Assembly: GCA_964430885.1 (NCBI GenBank)
Contig: CAYSHM010000007.1
Span: 32,001-96,000 of the forward strand
DNA: 64,000 nt
From: an uncultured archaeon
GTDB taxonomy: Archaea; Thermoplasmatota; Penumbrarchaeia; JASLWR01
Reading direction: 5' to 3'
Positions within the stretch are counted from its first letter, which is position 1, and the number at the start of each line of letters is the position of its first letter. This document shows positions 19,552-30,100 of the stretch, piece after piece. The position numbers and the translations under genes were made by a program. Below the pieces are notes generated by a model. That model searched no databases. It had not been told where the DNA came from and saw only the letters and a list, made by a program, of their open reading frames with translations.

Positions 19552-20043
19552 CTATCCTCTAACAACAATTATGCTTCCGGTGTAGGACGAGTAACCTGAT
19601 TTCTCACATTTTACCTGCATTTGACAGGTTTGGGAACCGGGGGCCAATGTAACCTCTAGCCCGTTGAAGGTAACTGTGCCGTCATCAGCGGTCTTACCAG
19701 GTACCGCATTGCCGGTGGTACCGCATCTTGATAGGGATACGGTGGCGCCCTTTAATTTGGTATCACCAGTCCACACTGTTATTGTAAGATCGATCGTGGC
19801 TGAACCTTCAACATCCAGATCGGTGGGGGACACTGTTATCTGGGTGGCATCTGCCTGACCCGAGTTCACTCCTATCTTATCGATCTTGTTAGGGGACGTA
19901 TCCGCCATGCTGATCCATGCGACCAATATTCCCAGCCCGATCACGGTTATGATTATGATAATGAGCAGATACAGAGGCATTCCCAATATATCCGCTTCCT
20001 CGTCATTGTAGAATCTTTTGTTTTTATATCCCGTTCTAGGCAT
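19552..20043 (-). CDS. Pilin-like membrane-anchored Ig-fold protein
   Basis: Basic leader, DEEA|DILGMPLYLLIIIII helix, then a carboxypeptidase-regulatory-like beta domain (GATV...T-x-x-DG-x-V-x-F...K-x-GY). Confidence 0.7.
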   Translation of the reverse strand: MPRTGYKNKRFYNDEEADILGMPLYLLIIIIITVIGLGILVAWISMADTSPNKIDKIGVNSGQADATQITVSPTDLDVEGSATIDLTITVWTGDTKLKGATVSLSRCGTTGNAVPGKTADDGTVTFNGLEVTLAPGSQTCQMQVKCEKSGYSSYTGSIIVVRG

Positions 20044-20255
20044 GATTTCACCTGGAGATTATATGCCGGTAATTATATTTATAATTTGCTGGTCGCGATA
20101 TTTTGCTCAGATTAAATCGATGAACGTGATATGAAATGCCTTGTTTTTGCCTGGATTCCCCGTGACTGTCCAGTGACGGTTTTTCGATTTTCTTGCGTAT
20201 CTACAGTAAACCAAAAACAGTTATATTGACTGCCCGTATTATTAGGCAGATTGAA

Positions 20256-22556
20256 ATGAACCATCATAACAGTAGGACTTGTAAATTATTTAGTATTCTG
20301 ATCATTTTATGTACACTAGTAATGTATATACCCTTCAGTTCATTATTTGATACAAAGAAACTAGATACGGATTCAATTTCCATCTGTAACTATGATACAG
20401 CAGGATCAATTTCCCGCAATGGAGAACTATATATACAAATTACCATTAACCGTACAAATGTACCCTCGAGTGAAAACGCTACCGTCACAGTTAATGTCAC
20501 CGATGACCTCGCTCCAGTCCGCAATGTTTCTGTGGAACCCATTGTATCCCATGGAAATATCTCGGAGGAGGAACTCCTAACCGGCCTCAATGGAAAGGTT
20601 TCCTTCAATTATACCGCACCAGTGACCGAAATGACCCTTAAAGTGATTATGGCGGTAATAATCAACGGCGGCCAGCCCGACGAGGGATACGCCAATCTCA
20701 GATTTCTCGTAATTTCCTTTGAGGACGGGACATTTCCAACGGTCGAATTATCTGACCCAGCTGACGGAGATATGGACGTATCCAATGATACCCACATAAT
20801 GATCACCTTCTCCGAACCCATGAACATCACCAATATTGATGAAGTTATCAGAATCACTCCGAAAATCAGCTACAACTGGGGGCTTGTTGACCGTGTTCTT
20901 ACCCTGGTACCCCTTGAAATCCTCAGGGGATCGACTCATTACTTGGTAAATGTTCATGAGAATGCCACAGACCTCCATGGTAATCCGCTTCTGGAAGCGA
21001 ACTCGTTTGGTTTTACTGTCAAGAGCGATCCTGAATTCAGGATGGAACTGATCCTGACGCTCACAAGCAGTCAAATAATCGAAGGCAATACTGCCAGCCT
21101 GACGGTAAAGGCTGTGAACGAGGACGGGAGTCCGGTAATGAACGCTCTTGTGAGCATCGAATTCACAGGACCCATTCAAATATCCATACTTGAAGGGCTG
21201 ACCGATGCTGGTGGATTCCTGAACGTTACCGTATTCACATCCAATGTGTCACAGAATATCCTGGTGAATATCAATATCTCTGCCGGAAAGGACATATATT
21301 ACAACTCCAGAAATGAAACAATGATAACGATCCTAGATGATTCCTACCGAACTCAGCACCGCAGTCTGCTCCTTCAGAACAACATCTCCGTCATTTGGAC
21401 TTTTGGTTCCAGAGGTGTTGTTGATGTGAACATCACGTCTGTGGAAAATCCATCTTGGTTCAACAGCGGTTTTTTGGAACTATTCCTAGAGCTGCAAACC
21501 GCAGGGACGGGAGAGGTTTTTTGGACAAACATCACGATCACGGGATTGGATATTCCCCAGGGATTTGATATAGAAGATGGTCAGATGCTCTTTTTTACCC
21601 CTCCAGACGGACCATGGTCCAGATTGACCAGTATGGGTACGGTTCATGTAAACAGATCTATTTGGTGCAACATTTCCAAGAATGATCACTTGGACAGTAT
21701 CATCATCGCACCTAGATTGATTAATCTGACACCCAAGCTCAAGGGTGAAGTCAGGGGACGACTGGTTAATGGTACCGGTTCACCATTGAACAATACCAAG
21801 GTCCTTATGAAAGATTCAGGAACAACTGCCTACGAAATTATTACCGACAGTGATGGAGTATTTACCTTCCTTGATGTGGAAACTGGCATCTATCTGCTTT
21901 ATCTGGATAAGAAAGGGTATAACCTATCCGTTAGGACCAATGTACATGTTTCCAGCGGGGAGAGGGAAGAATTGGGTAACATAAGTGTAAAAAAGGAGGA
22001 AATTAACATAATCCCTGCAGACGGTAAGGATAAGGAAGATGGCAGGAAAGGTCTTCCGGTCTTATACATAGTTCTGCTCATTATATTCCTAATACTTGTT
22101 TTGATAGCCCTTTACAAGTTCGTCCAGGCAAAATATTCCCAAGATGACACCTCTGATAGAAAAGTGAGCAGGGCATTCCCAAAAAGCAGTAAATCCAGCA
22201 GCAGGCCCAGTACAGGCTTCTTCAATTCCAGTGATGAGGAGAGCTTTGAATGCCCCCTTTGCGGAAGCGATGTCGGTGAAAAGGACAATCGCTGTAATAC
22301 TTGCGGTGCTAGATTTGTCCCTAACAAACTTGTCTGTCCGGACTGTGGAATGATTGTTTTACCAGGTGATAAGTACTGCGAAATGTGCGGAACAGTTTTC
22401 GGAATGCAGGAGGGGAGAAACATAGATCTATCCGGGGATTGGGGGTCTGCAAACAGCCATTCCATCGACGGAAGGGTGGCTATCAGTGATTTCGAGGTGG
22501 TCGGGGATAATGAAATTTCCCTATATGATTTAATGAAGAAGAATTCAAGTAAGTGA
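20256..22556 (+). CDS. Cell-surface protein: signal peptide, Ig-like (Big_1/Big_5) and carboxypeptidase-regulatory domains, TM helix, cytoplasmic double zinc ribbon
   Basis: P-x-D-G...ITFSEPM...D-x-x-GNPL (Big_5); T-D-x-x-G-x-F; a C-terminal TM helix; four CxxC pairs; many N-x-S/T sequons. Start uncertain (20193 in track). Confidence 0.85.
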   Translation: MNHHNSRTCKLFSILIILCTLVMYIPFSSLFDTKKLDTDSISICNYDTAGSISRNGELYIQITINRTNVPSSENATVTVNVTDDLAPVRNVSVEPIVSHGNISEEELLTGLNGKVSFNYTAPVTEMTLKVIMAVIINGGQPDEGYANLRFLVISFEDGTFPTVELSDPADGDMDVSNDTHIMITFSEPMNITNIDEVIRITPKISYNWGLVDRVLTLVPLEILRGSTHYLVNVHENATDLHGNPLLEANSFGFTVKSDPEFRMELILTLTSSQIIEGNTASLTVKAVNEDGSPVMNALVSIEFTGPIQISILEGLTDAGGFLNVTVFTSNVSQNILVNINISAGKDIYYNSRNETMITILDDSYRTQHRSLLLQNNISVIWTFGSRGVVDVNITSVENPSWFNSGFLELFLELQTAGTGEVFWTNITITGLDIPQGFDIEDGQMLFFTPPDGPWSRLTSMGTVHVNRSIWCNISKNDHLDSIIIAPRLINLTPKLKGEVRGRLVNGTGSPLNNTKVLMKDSGTTAYEIITDSDGVFTFLDVETGIYLLYLDKKGYNLSVRTNVHVSSGEREELGNISVKKEEINIIPADGKDKEDGRKGLPVLYIVLLIIFLILVLIALYKFVQAKYSQDDTSDRKVSRAFPKSSKSSSRPSTGFFNSSDEESFECPLCGSDVGEKDNRCNTCGARFVPNKLVCPDCGMIVLPGDKYCEMCGTVFGMQEGRNIDLSGDWGSANSHSIDGRVAISDFEVVGDNEISLYDLMKKNSSK

Positions 22557-22616
22557 ATTACCGATAAACTGTATATCTGATTATTATGATAGAAATAATA
22601 GATATGCTTCAGCGAG

Positions 22617-23186
22617 ATGAATAAAATGGCCAGGGCCCATATTAAATTGAAATATATGACAACATCCTTACTTATAGTCGGCTGTATCTTATCCATGGGC
22701 TGTCTGGACATGGAGCTTATGGACGGTATGCTCCCCTATTCGAAAGAAGAGAGTTCCGGTTACCATCTGATTCAAAAGAAATCGGTGTATTATTCATTCA
22801 ACACTTCTGTCGGCGGGGCACCCTCTCAGTTCTACAAGACCATGGGGGGACAGGAGTTCCGTGTAGTTGATTCCACCAGATGGCTGAAGATCACCATCTC
22901 TGTGAACCTGGACAAGAACAATCTCGTCCAGGACCTTCTTGAGGCTTTGGGGATCAACAAAACCTTAACAAGATATGTAAAGGTCACCTTAACTGATTCC
23001 AATTCCACTGTGGTGTATAAGAGAGATTTTTATGAAACAACCACAATCGAACCAATTGTGTTGCAGTCCCCCGTATCCGGAATATGGAAATTGGACATAT
23101 CCGCCAAGGGTGTGGGTGGAGAGATACAGGGCTTTCAGGTATATGACGGTTTCAATATCAGGGTTCTATCCTACGAACCGATTTGA
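22617..23186 (+). CDS. Putative lipoprotein
   Basis: Hydrophobic stretch ending LSMGCLD (lipobox-like), then a beta-rich domain with P-x-x-G-x-W. Confidence 0.65.
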   Translation: MNKMARAHIKLKYMTTSLLIVGCILSMGCLDMELMDGMLPYSKEESSGYHLIQKKSVYYSFNTSVGGAPSQFYKTMGGQEFRVVDSTRWLKITISVNLDKNNLVQDLLEALGINKTLTRYVKVTLTDSNSTVVYKRDFYETTTIEPIVLQSPVSGIWKLDISAKGVGGEIQGFQVYDGFNIRVLSYEPI

Positions 23187-23250
23187 TAGATCAGCATCCT
23201 CTTTTTTTTGATCAGTTATTATTCATATTGATACATACGGGATGAGATAA

Positions 23251-23727
23251 ATGGAAGATAGCAGAGGATCGAGGAAGGTTAAAAAAAAGCTTAAGGTGGT
23301 CAAGAGAGCCAGTGATGAGGTATGTGACTGCAGGATTGATAAAAGCGGCATATCCGAACCAATAGCTGAAGCTGACGATCTGACCAAGGAACAAAAGGAT
23401 CAATTAATGTCGCTCCAGAGGATATGGATCGAGGACATGAGAAAAAATAATGCGGGAGAATGCAGTACAAGCAATGAAAAAAAGGACCCAATTGAATCGG
23501 TTGAACCCACTGAAGAAAAGGATTCAGAACTAATGAAATTGAAACCATCCCCTATTGACGAATTGGATGGTCTTACCCCAGAACTTTCCAAGGAAAGGGA
23601 AAGGATCAAATCTGTGATAATGGAGCTTTTAGATAAACAGAATGAATTCATCAAGACGTTCCTGAAAGAAGAGATAGGCCGGTCCTTCAGTTATCTTAAT
23701 GCAGAATTGCAGAAGAAAAAAAGATGA
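23251..23727 (+). CDS. Hypothetical protein
   Basis: 158-aa charged ORF with an SD-like site upstream. Confidence 0.6.
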   Translation: MEDSRGSRKVKKKLKVVKRASDEVCDCRIDKSGISEPIAEADDLTKEQKDQLMSLQRIWIEDMRKNNAGECSTSNEKKDPIESVEPTEEKDSELMKLKPSPIDELDGLTPELSKERERIKSVIMELLDKQNEFIKTFLKEEIGRSFSYLNAELQKKKR

Positions 23728-23956
23728 GGATAAGGATTAGTAATTCCCCTCTAATTGGATCATTCCGGGATTATGATAGATCGAAAGCCCATTTCAGCAA
23801 TATCATCTATTATATATTTTTGATAACCCAGAAAATGATTTCATTTTGAAAAAAATACAAATACCGATATTATTATATAACGAAAATACTATGTTCCATT
23901 CACAGCTAATATATTTGAATAAACTGTAATCTAATAATTTAAACGAGGCGATTATA

Positions 23957-24412
23957 ATGGCTCAGAAAAAAGTTGTAAAGAAAAGCGTCCCCAAGAGCAT
24001 GATGAAGGACCCCCAGGAAATGAAGGTGAATGACCTTGTCATCACAGACGAATTCAAGATGATAAATGTAAACTCCTCCGGAAAGGAAGCTGCAGCTCAG
24101 CTTATGCAAATACCCCGCGGAGTGGTCCTGGTCACTGATGATGCAAATGCCATCAAGGGAGTTCTCACCGCACGGGAATTCCTGGAGAGCATTGTTAAAG
24201 GGGAAAATCCAACTGATTGCACAACCGAAGCCCTTATGAATACAGATATCATGGAGATCAGTTACGATGCTGAGATCATGGATGTTGTTCCAGAGGTCAC
24301 CAAGAGAGATCCATACGCTGTAGTCGTAACCGATGGCGAAGGGAACTTCAAGGGATATTTCTCACCAAAGGATTATCAAGAAGCTCTGGCAAGGATCAAA
24401 CCAAGGGAATAA
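23957..24412 (+). CDS. CBS-domain pair protein
   Basis: Two CBS repeats (VLVTD...KGVLT; VVVTDGEG-x-FKGYFS). Confidence 0.88.
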   Translation: MAQKKVVKKSVPKSMMKDPQEMKVNDLVITDEFKMINVNSSGKEAAAQLMQIPRGVVLVTDDANAIKGVLTAREFLESIVKGENPTDCTTEALMNTDIMEISYDAEIMDVVPEVTKRDPYAVVVTDGEGNFKGYFSPKDYQEALARIKPRE

Positions 24413-24449
24413 GCATTTCCCCCATATCAACAATTGATACTTGAATGCC

Positions 24450-24494
24450 CTAGGGAATCGACAATTCAAAATTGATTCCCCTAGATATTTTTTT
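24450..24494 (+). terminator. Hairpin plus T-tract after CBS gene
   Basis: CTAGGGAATCGA...TTGATTCCCCTAG followed by ATATTTTTTT. Confidence 0.5.
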
Positions 24495-24581
24495 ACTACA
24501 ATCACAGCAGTGATACAGTACTGTTTTCATTTACAGATTTAACAAAAAACAATAACTGATTTCATTATGAAGGTGACCTAA

Positions 24582-25175
24582 ATGGAAGAAATTGATATTG
24601 AAGAGGAAAAGATAAAGGTCGGAGAGGTTTGGAAATCCGCGGAGGAGCTCAGAGAGGAGATAAAGGAAAGGATAGGAAAGGGGGATTTCGAGATAACTGA
24701 TGAAGCCCTGGCACTTAAAAAATTGAATAAAGCCTTACAGAACTATACCGAAATATCCATCAAATTACCTGCAGAGCTTATTGATACCTTCAAGGATATC
24801 GCTGAGAAGAACGACCTCAAGTTTCAAGATGTGATACGGAGAAAACTTCAAGCTGGACTCATGGATATGCCTGCATCTCTGGAAGAACCGGCCCAGGAGA
24901 ATTTCGACCGAGATAATGAAGAAGACGGCACTGAATGGGAGGAGAACGAAGGTGAAGAAGTCACATCCCAAGAGGAGACTCCCGTAATTGGTGTTGGAGA
25001 GGCCTTGCCTGCCGATACTGCCGAACAGCCCATTACCGATGCCGACAATGTTCAGGAACCTAAGGTAACAAGGGTCAGATGCCATAAATGTAAAAAACCC
25101 ATTACCATCACAACATCCGCAAGACCTCTAACTGTTACGTGTCCCTATTGCGGTGCCCAAGGTAAACTGGAATAA
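24582..25175 (+). CDS. Hypothetical protein with ribbon-helix-helix-like segment and C-terminal zinc ribbon
   Basis: ISIKLPAELIDTFKDIAEKNDLKFQDVIRRKL (RHH-like), acidic linker, CHKC-x15-CPYCG. Confidence 0.75.
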   Translation: MEEIDIEEEKIKVGEVWKSAEELREEIKERIGKGDFEITDEALALKKLNKALQNYTEISIKLPAELIDTFKDIAEKNDLKFQDVIRRKLQAGLMDMPASLEEPAQENFDRDNEEDGTEWEENEGEEVTSQEETPVIGVGEALPADTAEQPITDADNVQEPKVTRVRCHKCKKPITITTSARPLTVTCPYCGAQGKLE

Positions 25176-25376
25176 AAATTCCTAAAACTATTGACAATTC
25201 CCAATCTCATTATACTGATGAGCATTCGTTGTACCAACAATTCAAATTGTTTTAAGATCAACGCTTCAGGCATAACATGTCGTATACCGAAATTGATTTG
25301 TCACATATTATTATGAAATCTTTTTCCGAATTGTGCAGTTTTATGATTTGATTCGAATATTTTAGAAGGGGAAACC

Positions 25377-25988
25377 ATGGGAAAATTAAACCTGGAAGAA
25401 GGGTTAATTAGAAAAGAACTGGACTTATTGCTGAAGGTTAGGGACGACACCCTGACCCATAGCAGAGATCTCATTAGACTGTCCTCAAATCTGATCAATT
25501 CATATCAGAATCTATATTTTACTGGTATTGACGATACTGAAACCGATAAAATTATTTGGGCTCTGAAAGAAACAAAGGATAAAATGCTCTCACTGCTGAA
25601 GGACTATCCCAGGATCAGATACAATCGGGGAGTGGATGATGCACTTCAGGAATACTGTGAAGCAATGATCTTCATTTCACTTATCAAGGAGGCTGACATA
25701 CCTTCCATGGAAAAGCTTGATGTGGATGCAGTTCCCTATCTCATGGGTCTGTGCGATGTAGTGGGAGAACTGAGAAGACACATTCTGAACCTACTCCGTA
25801 TCGGTGAAATGGAGAGAAGCGAGAGATTCCTGATAAAAATGGAAAACCTTTATCATTTCATCCAATCATTCCATTACCCGAAATCCATAGTTGCCGTTAA
25901 AAGGAAAAAGGATGTCGCTAGGTCCCTTTTGGATAAGACCTTGGGTGAGGTTGTGGTCGCCAAGGTAAACCTGACTAAAAACGACTGA
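25377..25988 (+). CDS. Translin/Trax-family (C3PO-like) endoribonuclease
   Basis: QEYCEA and YLMGLCDVVGELRR motifs carrying the acidic catalytic residues; KRKKD motif. Confidence 0.9.
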   Translation: MGKLNLEEGLIRKELDLLLKVRDDTLTHSRDLIRLSSNLINSYQNLYFTGIDDTETDKIIWALKETKDKMLSLLKDYPRIRYNRGVDDALQEYCEAMIFISLIKEADIPSMEKLDVDAVPYLMGLCDVVGELRRHILNLLRIGEMERSERFLIKMENLYHFIQSFHYPKSIVAVKRKKDVARSLLDKTLGEVVVAKVNLTKND

Positions 25989-26012
25989 GGATTTAGCAGT
26001 AGGTGCTAATAA

Positions 26013-26855
26013 ATGGAAGAAAGCAGAACAATACGGCTTTACTATCCGGGTTCATCCCATGCTTCCCTATCAGTCACTGGAAACCGCTGTGCTCTAAGGT
26101 GTGAACACTGCAGAGGTCTGTTTCTAGAGAAAATGATCGATGGGTCCACACCTGAGAAATTCGATCATGCAGTGGAACTCCTCAGAAATAGGGGAACTAC
26201 TGGAATATTGCTCAGTGGAGGGTGCAACAGCAGTGGTCAGGTTGATTTCAGGCATCTTGAAGGGTCCATTAGGAAATTGACTAATGAGGGTAAAATCAAA
26301 TTGAATCTGCATTCAGGATTTGTCGATATGGAAGGGGTAAGACACATAAAGAATCTTGGAATTGAAAATGTGTGTGTGGATGTTGTTGGGAATCGGCAGG
26401 TCATCCAGAGGGTTTACGGGTTGAAAGATACGGATAGTGAAAAAACACTGAGGGCTCTGAGAATCTCCGGAATCATGGATATTACACCACACATCACTAT
26501 TGGATTGGACAGGGGAAACCTTGGACACGAGAAAGATGCTGTTAGAATGGTGAAAGAACAGCTTGGTGATGTGAGAAAATTGGTTCTTCTCACATTGATA
26601 CCAAAGAAGGGAACACCCTACCAGGGTGTTGAACCGGTTCCTGCAGATGAGGTAATAGAGATTATTGAATATTCCCGACACTATCTGCCACAATCAGAAT
26701 TGATCCTTGGATGCATGAGAACCCATTACACCGTTAATGAACTCACAAGGATGATCAGAGCAGGTATCGGCGGGATCGTGAATCCACCTGACAGACTGAA
26801 GACGATTATTGAAGATGATTTCATCCGCACCAGTGACGGCTGCTGCTGCTTTTAA
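26013..26855 (+). CDS. lipS1: Radical SAM protein, LipS1-type lipoyl synthase subunit
   Basis: SVTG-x-x-CALRCEHC radical SAM motif, LLSGGC, LGCMR and C-terminal CCC. These match the GC(M/A)R and CC signatures of Thermococcus LipS1. Confidence 0.8.
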   Translation: MEESRTIRLYYPGSSHASLSVTGNRCALRCEHCRGLFLEKMIDGSTPEKFDHAVELLRNRGTTGILLSGGCNSSGQVDFRHLEGSIRKLTNEGKIKLNLHSGFVDMEGVRHIKNLGIENVCVDVVGNRQVIQRVYGLKDTDSEKTLRALRISGIMDITPHITIGLDRGNLGHEKDAVRMVKEQLGDVRKLVLLTLIPKKGTPYQGVEPVPADEVIEIIEYSRHYLPQSELILGCMRTHYTVNELTRMIRAGIGGIVNPPDRLKTIIEDDFIRTSDGCCCF

Positions 26856-27162
26856 CTACCGCAACTGGGTCTTGTAGAGTTAAGTTATTATAACTGTTCA
26901 TTTATTTGGAATATCATTAATATCCCCTTTTTCAACCGTAGGGGAGGCTCTATTTCCAAATTAAAAATAAAAATATTGACGATAATAATAATTTCAAAAA
27001 GTGTATTCAATCCATTCAAATATCCTAAAAGACCTTTGGCCTTTGTTCAATTTCAAGGAGTGCAGCTGAGGCTTAGCTCCGCTTGATTTGACAGAATTTG
27101 CAGGACAAGAAAAGACCACATTAACTAACGGTTTCTTAGACCTGTTGTTCCGGGGGATGACT

Positions 27163-30100
27163 ATGGAATACTGTATGATATGCGGCAAGTACTACTGCAG
27201 CAAAGAGAACCTTTGCGATAATTGTCAAGGACTTAGAAATACTCCAATACACTCGGGGTCCGTGGAGCTTGCCAGGAAATTGACTGAATATAAAATACCT
27301 TTCCGCATGGCGGAAGATTTCCAGAGAGAACTCCAACAAAAGCAATGGGAGGCCATTGATTCTGAAATAGAAAATATATTCGATTCCTTATCTGACCCTG
27401 TAGAGGATAGTATTTCTCCAATGCTTCTCAATATCATTGGTAATTATTATCATATCAGGAATGAACCTATGACCGCACTTGACTATTATGAAAAAGCATT
27501 GGGGACCCGGAATGGATGTGTTTGGGCCCTTGAAGGGACAGCTTTGACAAATAAGGTTCAGGGATCCCGTAAAAAATCCAGAGAACTCCTGGCAGATTTT
27601 TATCGGAAACGGTTATCCCTGGAGGACAATATCCTACTGAACACCGAACTGCCCGACCCAGATGAACCTCCGCTTCCCCCGGGATTGGATAATCCTGAAA
27701 ATACGGTAAGAGTTTTCGAGGAGAAGCAAAGATTGCTTATGGATGAATATAAAAGTGAAATGCCTGCAAACAAGGATCTGGAGTTGATCAAAGATCAAAT
27801 GGTCGAATTGCTGCTGGAAAATGACTTATCTGGCCTGGAGGTTTGGAATCGGGTCGGTGAGGGAATACTCAATAATTTAGATGAAGTCAAAAAAGAAATT
27901 CCCAAGTTCATGAAATTTCGGAATGAGATCAAGAAGATGATCGAAAAGGAAGTAGATATTGGTGATATCCAATGTCAGGTGAAGATCGCGGAAAATGAAC
28001 TGGGTTTTTCAAATAACAATTTCAAGGAGAACTTTCAGAAGGCAAGGAAGAAATATTCCCGTTCCAAGAAGAACATTCTGATACAGGTAATGAAGAAAGC
28101 GCTTGAAAAGGTGGGGGAAGAACTTGGCGGGATCCTCTCTCTACCCTGGGAAGGCGAAAGAGTGGAAAAATGCATGCAGAGGCATCTGGAAACATTAAAG
28201 CTGATAGAGAAAGGGGATCTAGGCGGTACCAAGAAAGGATTGGACTGTCTGAAAAGTGATATCACTGAAATGATGAAAGGCTTGTTGAATAATATCTGTA
28301 ATAAAATTACTGATATGACAGAGAAGGCTGAAAAAGAGAAGCTACAAAAGCTTTCTGATAGTGCTGTAGAATACCTGGGAAAAAATGATAATCTTGCCGT
28401 ATTGAATATAATTAGAGATATCAAGAAAGGTTTGGAGAAGATATCTGATGTTGCCGAAACAGACCTGGATAATATCGAGGATACTGTTGATGATGTGATG
28501 TCCTTTCTGGAGGTTGTAGATGAAAAGGCAAGCTCTAAGGATGGAGAAATAAATGAATCTAGCTCTGAAAAACCTGAGCCCATCCATGCACCCGAAATTC
28601 CGGGACAATTTGAAAAGGAACATGGTGAAGAGAAAGGGGATGCTTTTGATGTTATAGGCGACATTGAAGGTCTTTTCCAGGATGGGACTGAGGAATATGT
28701 GCCTGATAAAGAAAATAAATATCAGGAAGAACCGCCTATCCCAATGGAGAAACCTGATGAAGCAGAGATGGACTTTTTCGACAACATTTCCGGATTAATT
28801 GAAGATGATACAGCCCCGGAAGATCATGACGATCCTGAACCTTTCGATCTATTGCATTCATCCTTCGACCCGGAACCCCTGCCATTGGAAGAACCTAATG
28901 AATCCGGACATGAGATGGCGGAGGAAACTTTTCCTCCACTCCCAGTCCCCGGGGATAAAGAACTGGAAGTTCTAAGCCTGGTAAAACCCCATGAAGAATC
29001 CCTTTTACCTCCCGATTCTGTCATCAGGGACGATATTGAGATGATATTTTCCCAACCGCCTCCTGATAATATAATCCCTGACGGAGAACCATTAACTGAT
29101 ACCATACCTGGAGATATACTACCGCCTCTCAACATAGAGCCTCCTGTGGAACCCAAAGAAGATATACTGCCCCCTGAAGTGATAGTAGCGAATCTTTTAA
29201 GGGATAAGATCGAGAGAAGAAGGGTCAAGTTGGAGACATGGAAAGAAAAGATGTATCGATCGGGCATGGACAATTCCCAGGTCATTCGACTGCTTGAGAT
29301 CCTTGATGACCCCAAAAGAGAAATGGAACTGAAAACCTCATTGGAAGAGATAGAAAGCGCCATAGCCTACTGCAAAGAACAGTGGGCAGAATGGAAACTG
29401 GATATGTCGAATATTCTTGACCATACTGAAGAAATGATAAGCCAAGCTTCACTTGAAGGACTTGAAACCCAGGATGTGGAACTTGCATTGAAGCTTACCA
29501 GGGATTCATTCAAATCAGGGAACCTTGTAGATGCAAAAGAGAGAGCGGAACTGATACAGGAGGAACTGGGAAACAAAAGAAAAAGACAGGTTTTCAGATC
29601 AAGGTTAGAGGATTTCCGTATTGCCATAGATGCTGAAAAGCATAACATCAAGAACATTGACATACCGGTGGTAAGGGAACTGGAGGAATTATTTCTGAAG
29701 GCTGACGAAGCCGAGGAAGAGGAAAACTTCGATGAGCTGGCCGGTTTATTGGATATAGGGGAAATAATCGTATCAAACATAATTGGAATAGAGGAAAGCC
29801 TTTTTGAATTCTATGACCAGAAAAAAGAGATTGAGAAATTGAGGGGAAAAGGGGTTTCCACAGGCAGCATATTGATGGAAATGGAATCTGCGGAAGATAA
29901 GATCGGTAAGGACAAGGATGCTTTCCTATATCATTATGAGAAACTTCTAACCCTATTCGGAAAAGCGAAAAGACAGGTTCTGGCCCAGTTGATCCGGGTT
30001 TCATTGGATAAGAGCAAAAGGGATCTGGACCTGGTCAAGGAGCTGGGTTTGGACAATATGATAATTGAACAGATAGAGGATATTTGGCTTACTGCCTCCT

